From: a bacterium
Lineage (GTDB): Bacteria > SM23-31
Assembly: GCA_965249485.1 (NCBI GenBank)
Contig: OZ252239.1
Location: forward strand, 1,248,001-1,312,000
Length of the DNA stretch: 64,000 nucleotides
Direction: 5' to 3'
Of the stretch, positions 39,339-49,612 are shown piece by piece (position 1 is the first letter of the stretch; each line of letters starts with the position of its first letter). Both the position numbers and the translations under genes were made by a program. The notes below the pieces were generated by a model. That model was not told the DNA's origin. It was given only the letters and a program-made list of their open reading frames with translations, and did no database searches.

Positions 39339-42300
39339 ATGTATTCCACAGGTAAAGTTTTTCAAATATTCGCAATCGTATTGCTCGTTGCGACAATGGG
39401 ACTTTTCGGATTCACAACCGATGCGAATGCGCAAACAACGTTGACTGCTGGCGATGATGTTAGTTTAGCTTCATCGTTAAATTGGACTCCGGTACAGATT
39501 CCTGTAGCCGGCGATAGTCTTGTTTTGGGTGCTAATACACTTACTTATGATGCAGGTACTACCGTAGGTGCAATTTCTATGGCAGGTGGTACAATTAATA
39601 TTGCTAATGGAAACGCTACAATTACGCGGGGTATCACTGCAATAAGCGGCGTAAACACCATTAACAATGGGACGGCTGGAGGTAACACTACGACTTCAGA
39701 TATTAATGTATTAGCTGGTACTCTTGCCTTGACCCCATCCGTGGCGTCTTCCTGGACAGGTAATCTGACTTTAGCTGGAGGTACTGCATTAACAAATAAT
39801 TCTTTTGCCACTACGATTACTGGTAATGTCACTGTTGGCGGCGATGTTACTATTACTGATGGCGGGACTTCTACGATCAGTTGGACAGGCACATTTTCAA
39901 ATAGCGCAGCATCAACGGTTACGTTTGCTGCAGGTATTGCGAATGGCGTTCGATTTGGGTCCACAATTTCATTAGGCGCGGACTTAACTTTTGTTCAAAC
40001 AGTGGCGCCAAATTTTGCTTTTGTTATAACGATTAATACGACTGTAGGTGCATCAGGTGATGTTACACTGGTTAATGGTGCCGATATAGGAGGATCGCAT
40101 ACTAAATTGGATACATTGGGTGGTGGTGGCGGAACACTGGTGTTGGACGGTGACGGTGTAACAGGAACGTTGTATACCTTGCAGAATCACACGTCAATAG
40201 CTGGGAATGTCACTTTGGCGGATAATGATTATCTTGTCTCAGGTGTATATGAAATTACGATTAACGCAGGCGCAACGTTCGACCATAACACAACAGGTGC
40301 TACTAGTATCACAGATAAAGTTAATATAGCCGGGACACTGAAAGTTACACAAAACATCCAAGCGCTTAATGGAGTTGTGACAACTACAGGAGATGGTGCT
40401 GTGATCGATATAGATGTCAACCAGACATTCAATAGTGCTGGTAATGGTTTGGTCACAAACTCTAATACGACAATCAACATAGCACCAGGTATAACATTGA
40501 CAGTTTCAAATGGTGAAAATGTTGTAGCAACCGAAAAGACATTAATTATGAGCGGCGGGGGTACAATTGCTGGTGGTGGTGCAGCTCAAACACTGAACGC
40601 GGGCTCAGTATTGCGAGTAGGCGGAAGTTTAGGTGTTCAAGGAATTGGCGCTGTTATTTTGGGTGGCGGTGAAGTTGATATTGATACAACAACTTCATTT
40701 AGCGCAAGCATGGATGCCACTGCTGGTGGTATCATCGACATCGCTTCAGGATTTACCCTGGATCCGGGTGGAAACTTAGTAGTTAACGACGATAATACAT
40801 TGGAATTTCAGGGTGCCGGTGGTTTTCTTGCTGCCAGAAACGTTACTGTTGGAAGTGGTGGAGCTGCAACATTAACGTTGACTGGTGCAATGACTACGGC
40901 GACGTTTGATAGCGTCATTTCAAACACTGTAACAACGATTAATGTTAACGCAAGAAATACGTTTCAAACATTAACGGTGTCAGCAGGGGCTACCATAGAT
41001 TTTACCGGAGCGTCACTTACCCTGAATATAGTAGATCCGGTGACTGCTAATCGACCTGTAGCAATTACCGGTATAAGTACCGGTGTAATTAGCGGTGGCG
41101 ATTGGACTTTGACGAATTCCATTACTAATACAAATATTGCTTCGCCAAATATTTCTTCTAATCTCATAGGAATCAATGGAGGTTCTATCGTCGCTACAAA
41201 AGCATTGAATATTACCGGAAATATGGTAATGGGTGCTGGTGATCTTGCGATTACTGCGACTGAAAATGTAACGTATTCAGGTGATGCAATAGACATGGGA
41301 GACCAGAATCTTACGATCGATGGAACAAGAACTTTTGATAATTCGAATGATTTGCAGTTAAATGGATCGGGTGATCTGATATTTACCGGTGCTGCTACTG
41401 TCTCTAAAGTAGCAGTTACTGGTACTGCGGAAATTATTGCAAACATAGCCGGTGGTGGTACAGCGACTGTTACCACGTTGACACAGACTGGTGCTATTGT
41501 CACGTTGAAATATTCTGTAGCCTCTAATCAAATTGCTTTGGCAGGTGGGCTGACGGTACCTGCAGGCCAGTCGTTAGTTATTGCGAACGGTGCTGCAACT
41601 GAGACTTTGGTCCTTAGTGGTGGGACATTAGATTTTTCTGCTGCTGGAGCAAGGTTTGTTAATTTTGAACTTGGTGGAATGAGAATTGAAAATAATTTTA
41701 TGGTAGGAAATGGAGAAAATACGATTAATAGTCTCACTTTTGCTGCGCTTGATACGCTGGACGGTAATATTACTACGTCTATCACTGGTATTAAGGGCGG
41801 TTCAGTATTGAAATTTCCTGGAACCTCTCATATTAGAGGAAGTACGATTACGTTAAGGGGCGGGGCAGCATTAGAAATTTACGGTCCTGTAACAGCAGAT
41901 ACTTCATCTGCGATTGTGATAAACTCTGATTCGACAGTAATCTTAAGGGGACGCGATACATTTACGTACAATGGAGCACCCATTACTGTAGCGGCTGATT
42001 CGTTCAGGGTTCAAGAAACAGTTAATTTTAGCAATAATGCGTCTAATCCGATTTCCGTTAGCACAACGATTTTACAGTTTGAAGGCGCGGCTACTGTTTC
42101 CGATCTTGCACTGACTGACGCTGCCGCAAAAATTGTTGTTAATGGCGGTAATCCTACTATCGATACACTGACGACGACTTCCGCAGGACTAAATCTCGAA
42201 TTTGGTGCTGTAAATGCAATAACTGTCGGTTCTGATATTACGCTGGGTGATGGTGCGATTCTCAATATTCTTACGGGATCGGGCGGTACACTGACCGGTG

Positions 42301-45300
42301 CCGGTGTAATAAATGTAACCGGTGAAGGTGCTGAAATTGAAAATAATGCAACTGGTGCTACCATAAGCCAGAATATTACGTTTGGTAATGCAACGACTGC
42401 AGCTGTGATCGATGTCAATAGCTCGCTCAGTCTTTCAGGTGCTTTAACACTTGCCGGGAAAGGAACGATTGACATTGCAACAGGTCAAACACAAGTGTAT
42501 AACGGTACCGCGATAACAGTTGAGGCTGGCGAAATCCTGACATTTCAGGGCGGCGGAACATTTGACAACTTGAATCCAATAGTATTAGGTACTACAACGT
42601 CTTCGTTGTTCTTTGGTACAGATGGTATTACGCTCAATGCAGTTGCTTTAAATGATCATGATATTCCGCTGACATTGAATGGTGCAACAGCTGTTATTAC
42701 AACATTGACAACAAACTCTAAGAGATTGAATTTTGTTTTCTCGAACACTACTGATTCGCTGGGGATTCCGGGAAATATTGCAATGTCTGCAGAAGGCCGT
42801 GACACCCTTACAGTGTCCGGTAAGGGTGGACAACTCGGTACAGATATTACAACCCCCGGTGTAAATTCAAGAGTAGTATTTAATTCGGCAGGTTTTGTGC
42901 TTGATGGTAATTTAACCATTGGTAACGCAGGTGCAGGTGCTGAAGATTCACTTGTTGTCAGTGCCGATGCAACAATTAAGGGTAATCTGATAATTGAAGA
43001 TGATGCTTCAATTACAAATTCTGCTACACTTTCGTATACCGGTGGAGATGTTTCTCTTGGTGATTTTACACTTTTCTTGGATGGTGACGGAACGTTTGAC
43101 AATAATGCTCTTGGCGGAGGTGGTGCTGTTTTGATCAATAATACAGGAACGCTCCAGTTTAACGGTGGCGCTACGATTGATAGTGTCGTGCATTCTGCTG
43201 CTGGCTTTATTGCAGTTAACGGCGGAGACGCAACGTTCAACCATGTTGTTACGGCAGGCGCCAATCTTACCTTGCAATATGAAGAAGATAATGTGATTAC
43301 ATTAAACGACGCTACTGCTGCCGCAGGCTTCTCTCTGATTATTGCCAACAGCGCGATTGACGACACCGATGATGATAATGAAGGTACGCTTGCAGGATCG
43401 ATTGATCTTACAGGAGCCGGAGCGACGCTGGATAACCAGATGACTTCCAGTAGTGGCACGGAGACATTTACTATAAGCGCAGCAATCGATATCGGTAATG
43501 ATACGACCACTCCGGAATACAAGAGCGCGGGTGATGTCACACAATCGGGTGCTATCACGGTAAGCGGTAATGCTGATTTCAATGTTGCTACCGCCGGGAA
43601 AGTGGTTGATTACACAGGTGCCGAAATTTCAGTCGGTATTGATTCGGTCAATATCATAGGTGTTGGAAGGATTACGAATACCAACCCTGTCACGCTCGAT
43701 TCTGTCGGCTCAATACTTAATTATGCTGCTGCCGGATCCCTTGGCACGGCGAAAATAGGTGACTTGGACGGCACAAATATAGTCGCCGTAACCGGTGGTT
43801 ATCTCGGTTCTCTCCAGAATGCATCTGCAAACATCACGATAACGCCTGGCACGGGTACTCTTGTAATTGATGGTGAAACAACGATTGCTGATGTAGACAC
43901 GTTGTTTATATCAGGTGCAGGAACTGGTTCAGTAGCCGGTGCAGGTTCTGAGGCTCTGAAAGCCGTTACGGTGGTGTATGATAATACAGGTGGAGCGACA
44001 GTAGCAAAAACACTCGAAATCGGAAATGCAGTAACCGCTGGTGTTCTTGATGTTCAGCAAAACTTAACTGCAGATTCGATATTGTTCGGTGGCGATGCGA
44101 CAATTACCGGACCGAATGGTTCTAACAACCTGACGGTGAATGAGTTACTTGGTAATACAGCTGCTGCTACCGTTACTTCAGACACAAATGGTACTGTTAC
44201 TGTGGCAGGTGGTGCTATACGCGTTGGTGGCGATTTAACATTTGCGAATGCAACCGATAATGTTTACGCATTCGGTTCTGCCGATAGCGTTACCTCAACA
44301 TCAGCCACCTTAGTTACGGTAACATTCCCTGATTCAGTAATTTTCTCAAGTGCCGTTTTTAGTGCTGGTACGGCAGGTAATTGGGTTGCTTTATCACCTG
44401 CTCCCGCAGATACGTTTATTACGATTACAGGAGCCACTCCTAAAATATTGGGTGGAGTAAGCAACGCAGGAGACGACACGCTTCGTGTATCTAATTCCAT
44501 CGAAATTGGTAAAGACGGTATTCTGAAGTCTGCCAGTGATGATTCCTACATAGAATTAGGATTTACCGGTACCATGAATATTAACGGTACGATTAATGCT
44601 AATGCTGGTACTATAGAAATATTAGCGTCAGCGGGACTTGCCAGTGCAACAGAAATTGATCTTGATAAAACAGGTAAATATGTTGCCGACGGAACAGGAA
44701 CCCTAATTCTTCCTTCAGGTTTTACTTCTGACTTAGATAACTCTGATGATTCCGTTAACGGTGAAACAGCAGGTATTACGGTTGATGGTTCCGGGCTGCT
44801 TATTAGTACCGTAGTCGACTCTTTCCACGTTTTTGACAATCAAGATGATGATAGAGCAAATATCTCACTTGTTGGTGGTACGGTCAAGTGGATTGAATTT
44901 ACTATTTCGGTGACCGGTACATCCACAAATGTCAACAACACAAGATATGTAACAGCCGTATTTGTAAGTATTTGGGCTGAATCAGCAGGTGACGGTACTC
45001 CTGAAACTCCGTATCAGACTATTGCAGAAGGTATAGCCAATGCGTCCGGTGGTGAGGTGAGAATTGCAGCGGGTACGTATCAACTATCTGCGACAGTTGT
45101 ACTTGACAGTGTACAGTTGATCGGTACTGCAAATCAACTCGATTTTGGTGAAGGAGTTAATAACTCCTGGGCCGATGGAGCAGGAGTAGGTGATGTTGCT
45201 CCTGTTCTGGTATATTCAAACACAACTGGCGCTGCATTTGAGATTAAAGCCCATAATGCTGTTGTTCAGGGATTGAAAGTTGTTACGGCTGAGGGCAATA

Positions 45301-47651
45301 GTGATCCTGTTATCCTTGTTGATGATGGTAATGTTTTGACGAATTTGGAAATTGCAAATAACTCATTTGTTGTTCAATCTGGTCAGGTTGTTGTTATGTT
45401 TGGTGATAGCACTGCTGTAAGAGGTGCTGACATTAATTTCAATTCGACAACCAGTGAAGCAGGTGGTGGATATAATTTCCTTTTCGTTGATCAGCCTGAT
45501 TCTTCTATAGACGATATCGATGTTCAAAACAATGATATTACAAATGCGAGTCCTGCTATTCACCTCCATGTTGGTGGCGGTAATGTTGGGGATGTTGATG
45601 TTTCGAATAACAACTTCATAGCGAGTGATGGCGTTCATATCGGCCGTATAGGTGATGCTGTATCGACAGATGGTCTATTTGGAAGCATTTCGGTTACCGA
45701 CAATAACTTTACCAGTTCCGACTATGCTTTCCGGATTGCAAATGGAGTAGCAGCTGATTACGACGGCAACATTCATGATAATCTAACTGTCAATGACAAC
45801 CATTTCTTCTTCGCTGATGGTGCCACGGATAATAAAGCTGTTATTAATGGAATCACCGACGAGACAGTTACGGCTGATGATTTCATCGATGCTACAAGCA
45901 ACTGGTGGGGCAGCTTTAATGGTCCTGGACAAGCCGGAGGTGCTGATGCATCAGACCGTGTTGACACGTCTCCTTGGGATATGACCCCGAATGTTGGCCC
46001 AAATACAATTGTGGTAACTGGTGTAGCTGAAGCATTTACATTAGCACCAATAGAAGTTACCGTATTTGTTGGTACTGGAATAACAGAAGTTGAATTTGAG
46101 ACCAACTTTGCTGCCAATGTACCGAACAAACAATCTGTTACCGCGAATAGTCCGAATGCTGTTGATGAACAGACATATAAGATTATTCCGAAGGAAACAA
46201 AAGAAGGCGCGATTATTAGAGTCAAAAGTGGTGCTAATTCAGGCTCAACCAACATCTTTGATATTACCGAAATTGTCATAGCTGGTGTTGGTAACACGCT
46301 TGCAGCATCGGATTGGCCCGGTGATTCAGGTGAACTTATTAGACTTGAGTGGACAGCTTCAACTAATCATGCTGGTAATGGTAGTCCTGATGTGCAGATC
46401 AATTACTATCAGATCTATGCCGGTGCAACGGATGATATAGGCGCAGCAACATGGTGGGCAGTTCTTCCCGCATCAGGAATTCTTTCTGGTGCCGGAACTA
46501 CCATTAGGGCTAAAGTAGATGCATTCAGTACTTCCGCAAGTTCATTCTACTGGGTTGCAGCTGTTAGAAGCAGCGATGATGACAGTGCTGTTATAAGCGG
46601 ATATGGCTCCTCTGCAACTGCCACAAAAGCAAGTGTTGCCTCTGCTATGCTTGTGGATGCATCTGATGCGATATTCAGCGACAGAATCGTCTCCCTGGTC
46701 AGTAATGCCAACAGAGCATTTGCTCTTGATAATTCAAGAGATGTAGGCGACTTTGTTGGAAACCGGGCAATTGAACTCGATGATTTCCAGATATTTGCTG
46801 CCTTCTTCGGTAATGATGAAGAAGTTGAACCGGCATTCGACTTGAATAATGACGGTAAAGTTGGAATTCTTGATCTGAGTAGATTTGCTAAACTGTTTGC
46901 TCAGGATAATCCTGGTGGTGGAGCAGTAGCTGCTAAGGGTATTCTTGGTAATCAGATATCCGATCTAATCAATTTCGACTCAGTTTACGATTCCAAGACT
47001 GAACAAATGGAATTTACTATCTCAATGAGTGATGTTGAAGCTCTTGGTGGATATGGTTTTGATGTCGTATATGATTCAAAAACGTTTGAATTGGTAGAAA
47101 TTGTAAACGGCAAATTCCTTGAAGAAAACGGCGGATCTCAGTTTAGTTTCGATTACAAGGCTGATGGCGTAGTAACAATCGCTAACGTCTTGAAAGAACT
47201 TAACGAAAACACTGCCGTATCCGGTGATGGAATTGCAGCTACATTGAAATTCAAGTGGCTTGGTGTTGGCGAGAACAATAGTATTCAGATTACTGGTATC
47301 CAAATACTTGATGCTTTCGGTGCGATGTCATATCTTGAAAATCTTGACATAGTTAATCTTATTCCAGTACCGTTGGTGTTTGAATTGAAAAATAACTATC
47401 CGAATCCGTTTAACCCGACAACGACGATTGAATATGCACTGCCGAGTACTGAATTGGTTAAGATCGATATTGTGAATGTTCTCGGTCAGGTTGTTACGAC
47501 ACTCGTGAATGAAGAAGTTGATGCAGGTTTCCATCAAGTTATATGGAACGGTAGAAACACGCTTGGTGCTCCGGTGGCTTCGGGTATTTATATTTACAGA
47601 ATTAAAGCTGGAACCTTTACGTCTGTCAAGAGATTGACATTGCTTAAGTAA
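39339..47651 (+). CDS. Giant (~2,770 aa) secreted surface protein: G/T/A-rich beta-helical stalk, DUF1565-like and parallel beta-helix domain, FN3-like domain, dockerin-like EF-hand pair, cohesin-like domain, FlgD-Ig/T9SS-type CTD
   Basis: GGAGG RBS at 39326-39330 supports ATG 39339; signal peptide ending ANA-Q; GDGTPETPYQTIAEGI; DATSNWWG; FDLNNDGKVGILDL; LGGYGFDVVYD...SGDGIAATLKF; NYPNPFNPTTTIEY...ASGIYIYRI...KRLTLLK. Confidence 0.9.
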   Translation: MYSTGKVFQIFAIVLLVATMGLFGFTTDANAQTTLTAGDDVSLASSLNWTPVQIPVAGDSLVLGANTLTYDAGTTVGAISMAGGTINIANGNATITRGITAISGVNTINNGTAGGNTTTSDINVLAGTLALTPSVASSWTGNLTLAGGTALTNNSFATTITGNVTVGGDVTITDGGTSTISWTGTFSNSAASTVTFAAGIANGVRFGSTISLGADLTFVQTVAPNFAFVITINTTVGASGDVTLVNGADIGGSHTKLDTLGGGGGTLVLDGDGVTGTLYTLQNHTSIAGNVTLADNDYLVSGVYEITINAGATFDHNTTGATSITDKVNIAGTLKVTQNIQALNGVVTTTGDGAVIDIDVNQTFNSAGNGLVTNSNTTINIAPGITLTVSNGENVVATEKTLIMSGGGTIAGGGAAQTLNAGSVLRVGGSLGVQGIGAVILGGGEVDIDTTTSFSASMDATAGGIIDIASGFTLDPGGNLVVNDDNTLEFQGAGGFLAARNVTVGSGGAATLTLTGAMTTATFDSVISNTVTTINVNARNTFQTLTVSAGATIDFTGASLTLNIVDPVTANRPVAITGISTGVISGGDWTLTNSITNTNIASPNISSNLIGINGGSIVATKALNITGNMVMGAGDLAITATENVTYSGDAIDMGDQNLTIDGTRTFDNSNDLQLNGSGDLIFTGAATVSKVAVTGTAEIIANIAGGGTATVTTLTQTGAIVTLKYSVASNQIALAGGLTVPAGQSLVIANGAATETLVLSGGTLDFSAAGARFVNFELGGMRIENNFMVGNGENTINSLTFAALDTLDGNITTSITGIKGGSVLKFPGTSHIRGSTITLRGGAALEIYGPVTADTSSAIVINSDSTVILRGRDTFTYNGAPITVAADSFRVQETVNFSNNASNPISVSTTILQFEGAATVSDLALTDAAAKIVVNGGNPTIDTLTTTSAGLNLEFGAVNAITVGSDITLGDGAILNILTGSGGTLTGAGVINVTGEGAEIENNATGATISQNITFGNATTAAVIDVNSSLSLSGALTLAGKGTIDIATGQTQVYNGTAITVEAGEILTFQGGGTFDNLNPIVLGTTTSSLFFGTDGITLNAVALNDHDIPLTLNGATAVITTLTTNSKRLNFVFSNTTDSLGIPGNIAMSAEGRDTLTVSGKGGQLGTDITTPGVNSRVVFNSAGFVLDGNLTIGNAGAGAEDSLVVSADATIKGNLIIEDDASITNSATLSYTGGDVSLGDFTLFLDGDGTFDNNALGGGGAVLINNTGTLQFNGGATIDSVVHSAAGFIAVNGGDATFNHVVTAGANLTLQYEEDNVITLNDATAAAGFSLIIANSAIDDTDDDNEGTLAGSIDLTGAGATLDNQMTSSSGTETFTISAAIDIGNDTTTPEYKSAGDVTQSGAITVSGNADFNVATAGKVVDYTGAEISVGIDSVNIIGVGRITNTNPVTLDSVGSILNYAAAGSLGTAKIGDLDGTNIVAVTGGYLGSLQNASANITITPGTGTLVIDGETTIADVDTLFISGAGTGSVAGAGSEALKAVTVVYDNTGGATVAKTLEIGNAVTAGVLDVQQNLTADSILFGGDATITGPNGSNNLTVNELLGNTAAATVTSDTNGTVTVAGGAIRVGGDLTFANATDNVYAFGSADSVTSTSATLVTVTFPDSVIFSSAVFSAGTAGNWVALSPAPADTFITITGATPKILGGVSNAGDDTLRVSNSIEIGKDGILKSASDDSYIELGFTGTMNINGTINANAGTIEILASAGLASATEIDLDKTGKYVADGTGTLILPSGFTSDLDNSDDSVNGETAGITVDGSGLLISTVVDSFHVFDNQDDDRANISLVGGTVKWIEFTISVTGTSTNVNNTRYVTAVFVSIWAESAGDGTPETPYQTIAEGIANASGGEVRIAAGTYQLSATVVLDSVQLIGTANQLDFGEGVNNSWADGAGVGDVAPVLVYSNTTGAAFEIKAHNAVVQGLKVVTAEGNSDPVILVDDGNVLTNLEIANNSFVVQSGQVVVMFGDSTAVRGADINFNSTTSEAGGGYNFLFVDQPDSSIDDIDVQNNDITNASPAIHLHVGGGNVGDVDVSNNNFIASDGVHIGRIGDAVSTDGLFGSISVTDNNFTSSDYAFRIANGVAADYDGNIHDNLTVNDNHFFFADGATDNKAVINGITDETVTADDFIDATSNWWGSFNGPGQAGGADASDRVDTSPWDMTPNVGPNTIVVTGVAEAFTLAPIEVTVFVGTGITEVEFETNFAANVPNKQSVTANSPNAVDEQTYKIIPKETKEGAIIRVKSGANSGSTNIFDITEIVIAGVGNTLAASDWPGDSGELIRLEWTASTNHAGNGSPDVQINYYQIYAGATDDIGAATWWAVLPASGILSGAGTTIRAKVDAFSTSASSFYWVAAVRSSDDDSAVISGYGSSATATKASVASAMLVDASDAIFSDRIVSLVSNANRAFALDNSRDVGDFVGNRAIELDDFQIFAAFFGNDEEVEPAFDLNNDGKVGILDLSRFAKLFAQDNPGGGAVAAKGILGNQISDLINFDSVYDSKTEQMEFTISMSDVEALGGYGFDVVYDSKTFELVEIVNGKFLEENGGSQFSFDYKADGVVTIANVLKELNENTAVSGDGIAATLKFKWLGVGENNSIQITGIQILDAFGAMSYLENLDIVNLIPVPLVFELKNNYPNPFNPTTTIEYALPSTELVKIDIVNVLGQVVTTLVNEEVDAGFHQVIWNGRNTLGAPVASGIYIYRIKAGTFTSVKRLTLLK

Positions 47652-47685
47652 AGTAATATCCAGATAATAAAGAAGTGCACAAGCA

Positions 47686-47725
47686 GAGTTTTGCAGGATG
47701 TCTACTTATGACATCCTGCAGACTC
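47686..47725 (+). other. Strong intergenic stem-loop without a U-tract
   Basis: gagttt-tgcaggatgtc-tacttat-gacatcctgca-gactc (11-bp perfect core). Confidence 0.75.
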
Positions 47726-47757
47726 ACGCCTGTTTAGGCAACGCAAGGAGAATATTA

Positions 47758-48621
47758 ATGAAAAAATGTTTTATACTTTTGGTCGTTTTCAGTGTAGTAC
47801 TGTGCTTGTCTGCAGGTGTTTTTGCACAAACTCCCAGATACTTGTTAACAATCGAAAATAGTGACGTTGCGGGTATTGGTGTTTTAAATGATTCTTTAGA
47901 AAATATTGGTCCTGATACGCCTATCTATATTAGTTTATATGCAGATGGGATGACTGATTTTATCGGTTATGATGTACGGATTTCCCTTAACGATGCATTA
48001 TATACACCTAATATTGAATTTGTACAAACAAGAACAGGTGATGACCATCCTTTAGTAACACCAAATGTATTCTTTGCTCCTGTTAATCGCATAGAAAGAA
48101 CCGCAACTGGCTCGTATTATATTATGTCCGGAGCACTTCCGGACAATGCAACGGGTGTTTCAATTAGCAATGCTTTTTTAGGACGTATTAAATTAGAAAC
48201 AAGTTCAAGTTTTAGTGGATTTGATACATTTACATTATTACAGGCATCATATGTTTCTGGTGATGGTGTTAGTGCCACTGAAAATGTTGTTTCTGATTTT
48301 AATGTTGTATATCTCAATATTGTAACTGATGTAGAAGGTGAAATTCCTGGCATTCCAAATTCATATACATTAGGGCAAAATTATCCGAATCCGTTCAATC
48401 CGACAACAACGATTCCTTTTGAAGCAATATCGAGTGGAAATGCAAAAATTAGTGTGTATAACGTATTAGGGCAGCAGGTTGCTGTTGTTGCAGATACGTT
48501 TTTTCCTGTAGGTCAGCATACAGTAAAGTTTGATGCTTCAAATCTAAGTTCCGGAATTTATTTCTATAAACTTGAAATGAATGGATTTATCGATATGAAG
48601 AGATTGGTACTTCTACGGTAA
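47758..48621 (+). CDS. Secreted protein with a possible cohesin-like domain and T9SS-type CTD
   Basis: AAGGAG RBS then ATG 47758 (MKKCFILL...VFA-Q signal); ISLYADGMTDFIGYDVRISLN...LGRIKLET; LGQNYPNPFNPTT...LSSGIYFYKL. Confidence 0.8.
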   Translation: MKKCFILLVVFSVVLCLSAGVFAQTPRYLLTIENSDVAGIGVLNDSLENIGPDTPIYISLYADGMTDFIGYDVRISLNDALYTPNIEFVQTRTGDDHPLVTPNVFFAPVNRIERTATGSYYIMSGALPDNATGVSISNAFLGRIKLETSSSFSGFDTFTLLQASYVSGDGVSATENVVSDFNVVYLNIVTDVEGEIPGIPNSYTLGQNYPNPFNPTTTIPFEAISSGNAKISVYNVLGQQVAVVADTFFPVGQHTVKFDASNLSSGIYFYKLEMNGFIDMKRLVLLR

Positions 48622-48645
48622 TATTCATATTATAATGATTATTGG

Positions 48646-48677
48646 AAGCCCTAATTGTTACTAATTAGGGCTTTTTT
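48646..48677 (+). terminator. Rho-independent terminator closing the two-gene surface operon
   Basis: aagccctaatt-gttact-aattagggctt-tttt. Confidence 0.85.
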
Positions 48678-48823
48678 AATTTACAGTATGGTATATACAC
48701 TAAAATTATACTTTTAATTAATGTAAATATACGTGTAAAACAGTTGATAAATTTTGTTATATAAAGTACTTTTATTTTAGCACCAAATATTACTATTATC
48801 GTTATTCTAACAGTAACTATACA

Positions 48824-49612
48824 ATGAAATGGATTCTCATAAAAGACGGAAAAAGAAGTGGGGCATATAACATGGCTCAGGACGTTTATTTCATTGAGAA
48901 TCCCCCTCTCTTTCCTGTTCTTAAACTTTATTCATGGTTGCCTCCTGCAATTTCAATTGGATATAATCAAAATATTCAAAATATTAATAAGGATTTATTA
49001 GAGACGTATGGCATTGATATAGTGCGCAGACCCACAGGGGGAAGAGCAGTATTTCACTGTTGTGAACTAACATATTCTGTAATTATACCTAGAAATATAC
49101 CATTATTCAATTCTGGTATCCATAAATTATATTATATTATAAGTAAAGCTCTTGTCAATGGCTTACAAAGATATGGTATCTCCGCAGAAATAGAGAGAAA
49201 TAAGCCCGGTAATAATTCAAGAGAAGATAATGTATTAAAGTGTTTTGAAAGTACTGCACGTTTTGAAATCAAAAATAATGGAAAAAAGATTGTCGGAAGC
49301 GCACAACGCCGCACCTCGAATGCGATACTTCAACACGGGTCGATAGCTTTACAGAATGAGCAAGATATCATACCCTATGTATTTGAAGACAATTCAGAAA
49401 TACCATCTACAATTATTCCTGAATGTTTTGTGAATGAAGAGACGAAAACTAATAATGCAAATAATATAAATAGTCTTGAAAATAATATTATTCTTGGGTT
49501 TGAAGAAGAATTGCACTGTGAGTGGGAAAAAGAATTTGATACTAATAACTTTAAAAAAAGACAGACGGACTTTGAAAGGAATCAAATTATATATAGTACT
49601 CAAAGAAAGTAA
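48824..49612 (+). CDS. Lipoate-protein ligase / LipM-like octanoyltransferase
   Basis: GAYNMAQD, LYSW.PPAISIGYNQ, VRRPTGGRAVFH, GKKIVGSAQRR, LQHGSI. Confidence 0.92.
   Translation: MKWILIKDGKRSGAYNMAQDVYFIENPPLFPVLKLYSWLPPAISIGYNQNIQNINKDLLETYGIDIVRRPTGGRAVFHCCELTYSVIIPRNIPLFNSGIHKLYYIISKALVNGLQRYGISAEIERNKPGNNSREDNVLKCFESTARFEIKNNGKKIVGSAQRRTSNAILQHGSIALQNEQDIIPYVFEDNSEIPSTIIPECFVNEETKTNNANNINSLENNIILGFEEELHCEWEKEFDTNNFKKRQTDFERNQIIYSTQRK

Noticed and set aside
39545..46297. Many minus-strand ORFs of 80-308 aa
   Set aside because: Antisense shadows of the codon-biased giant gene; no independent motifs
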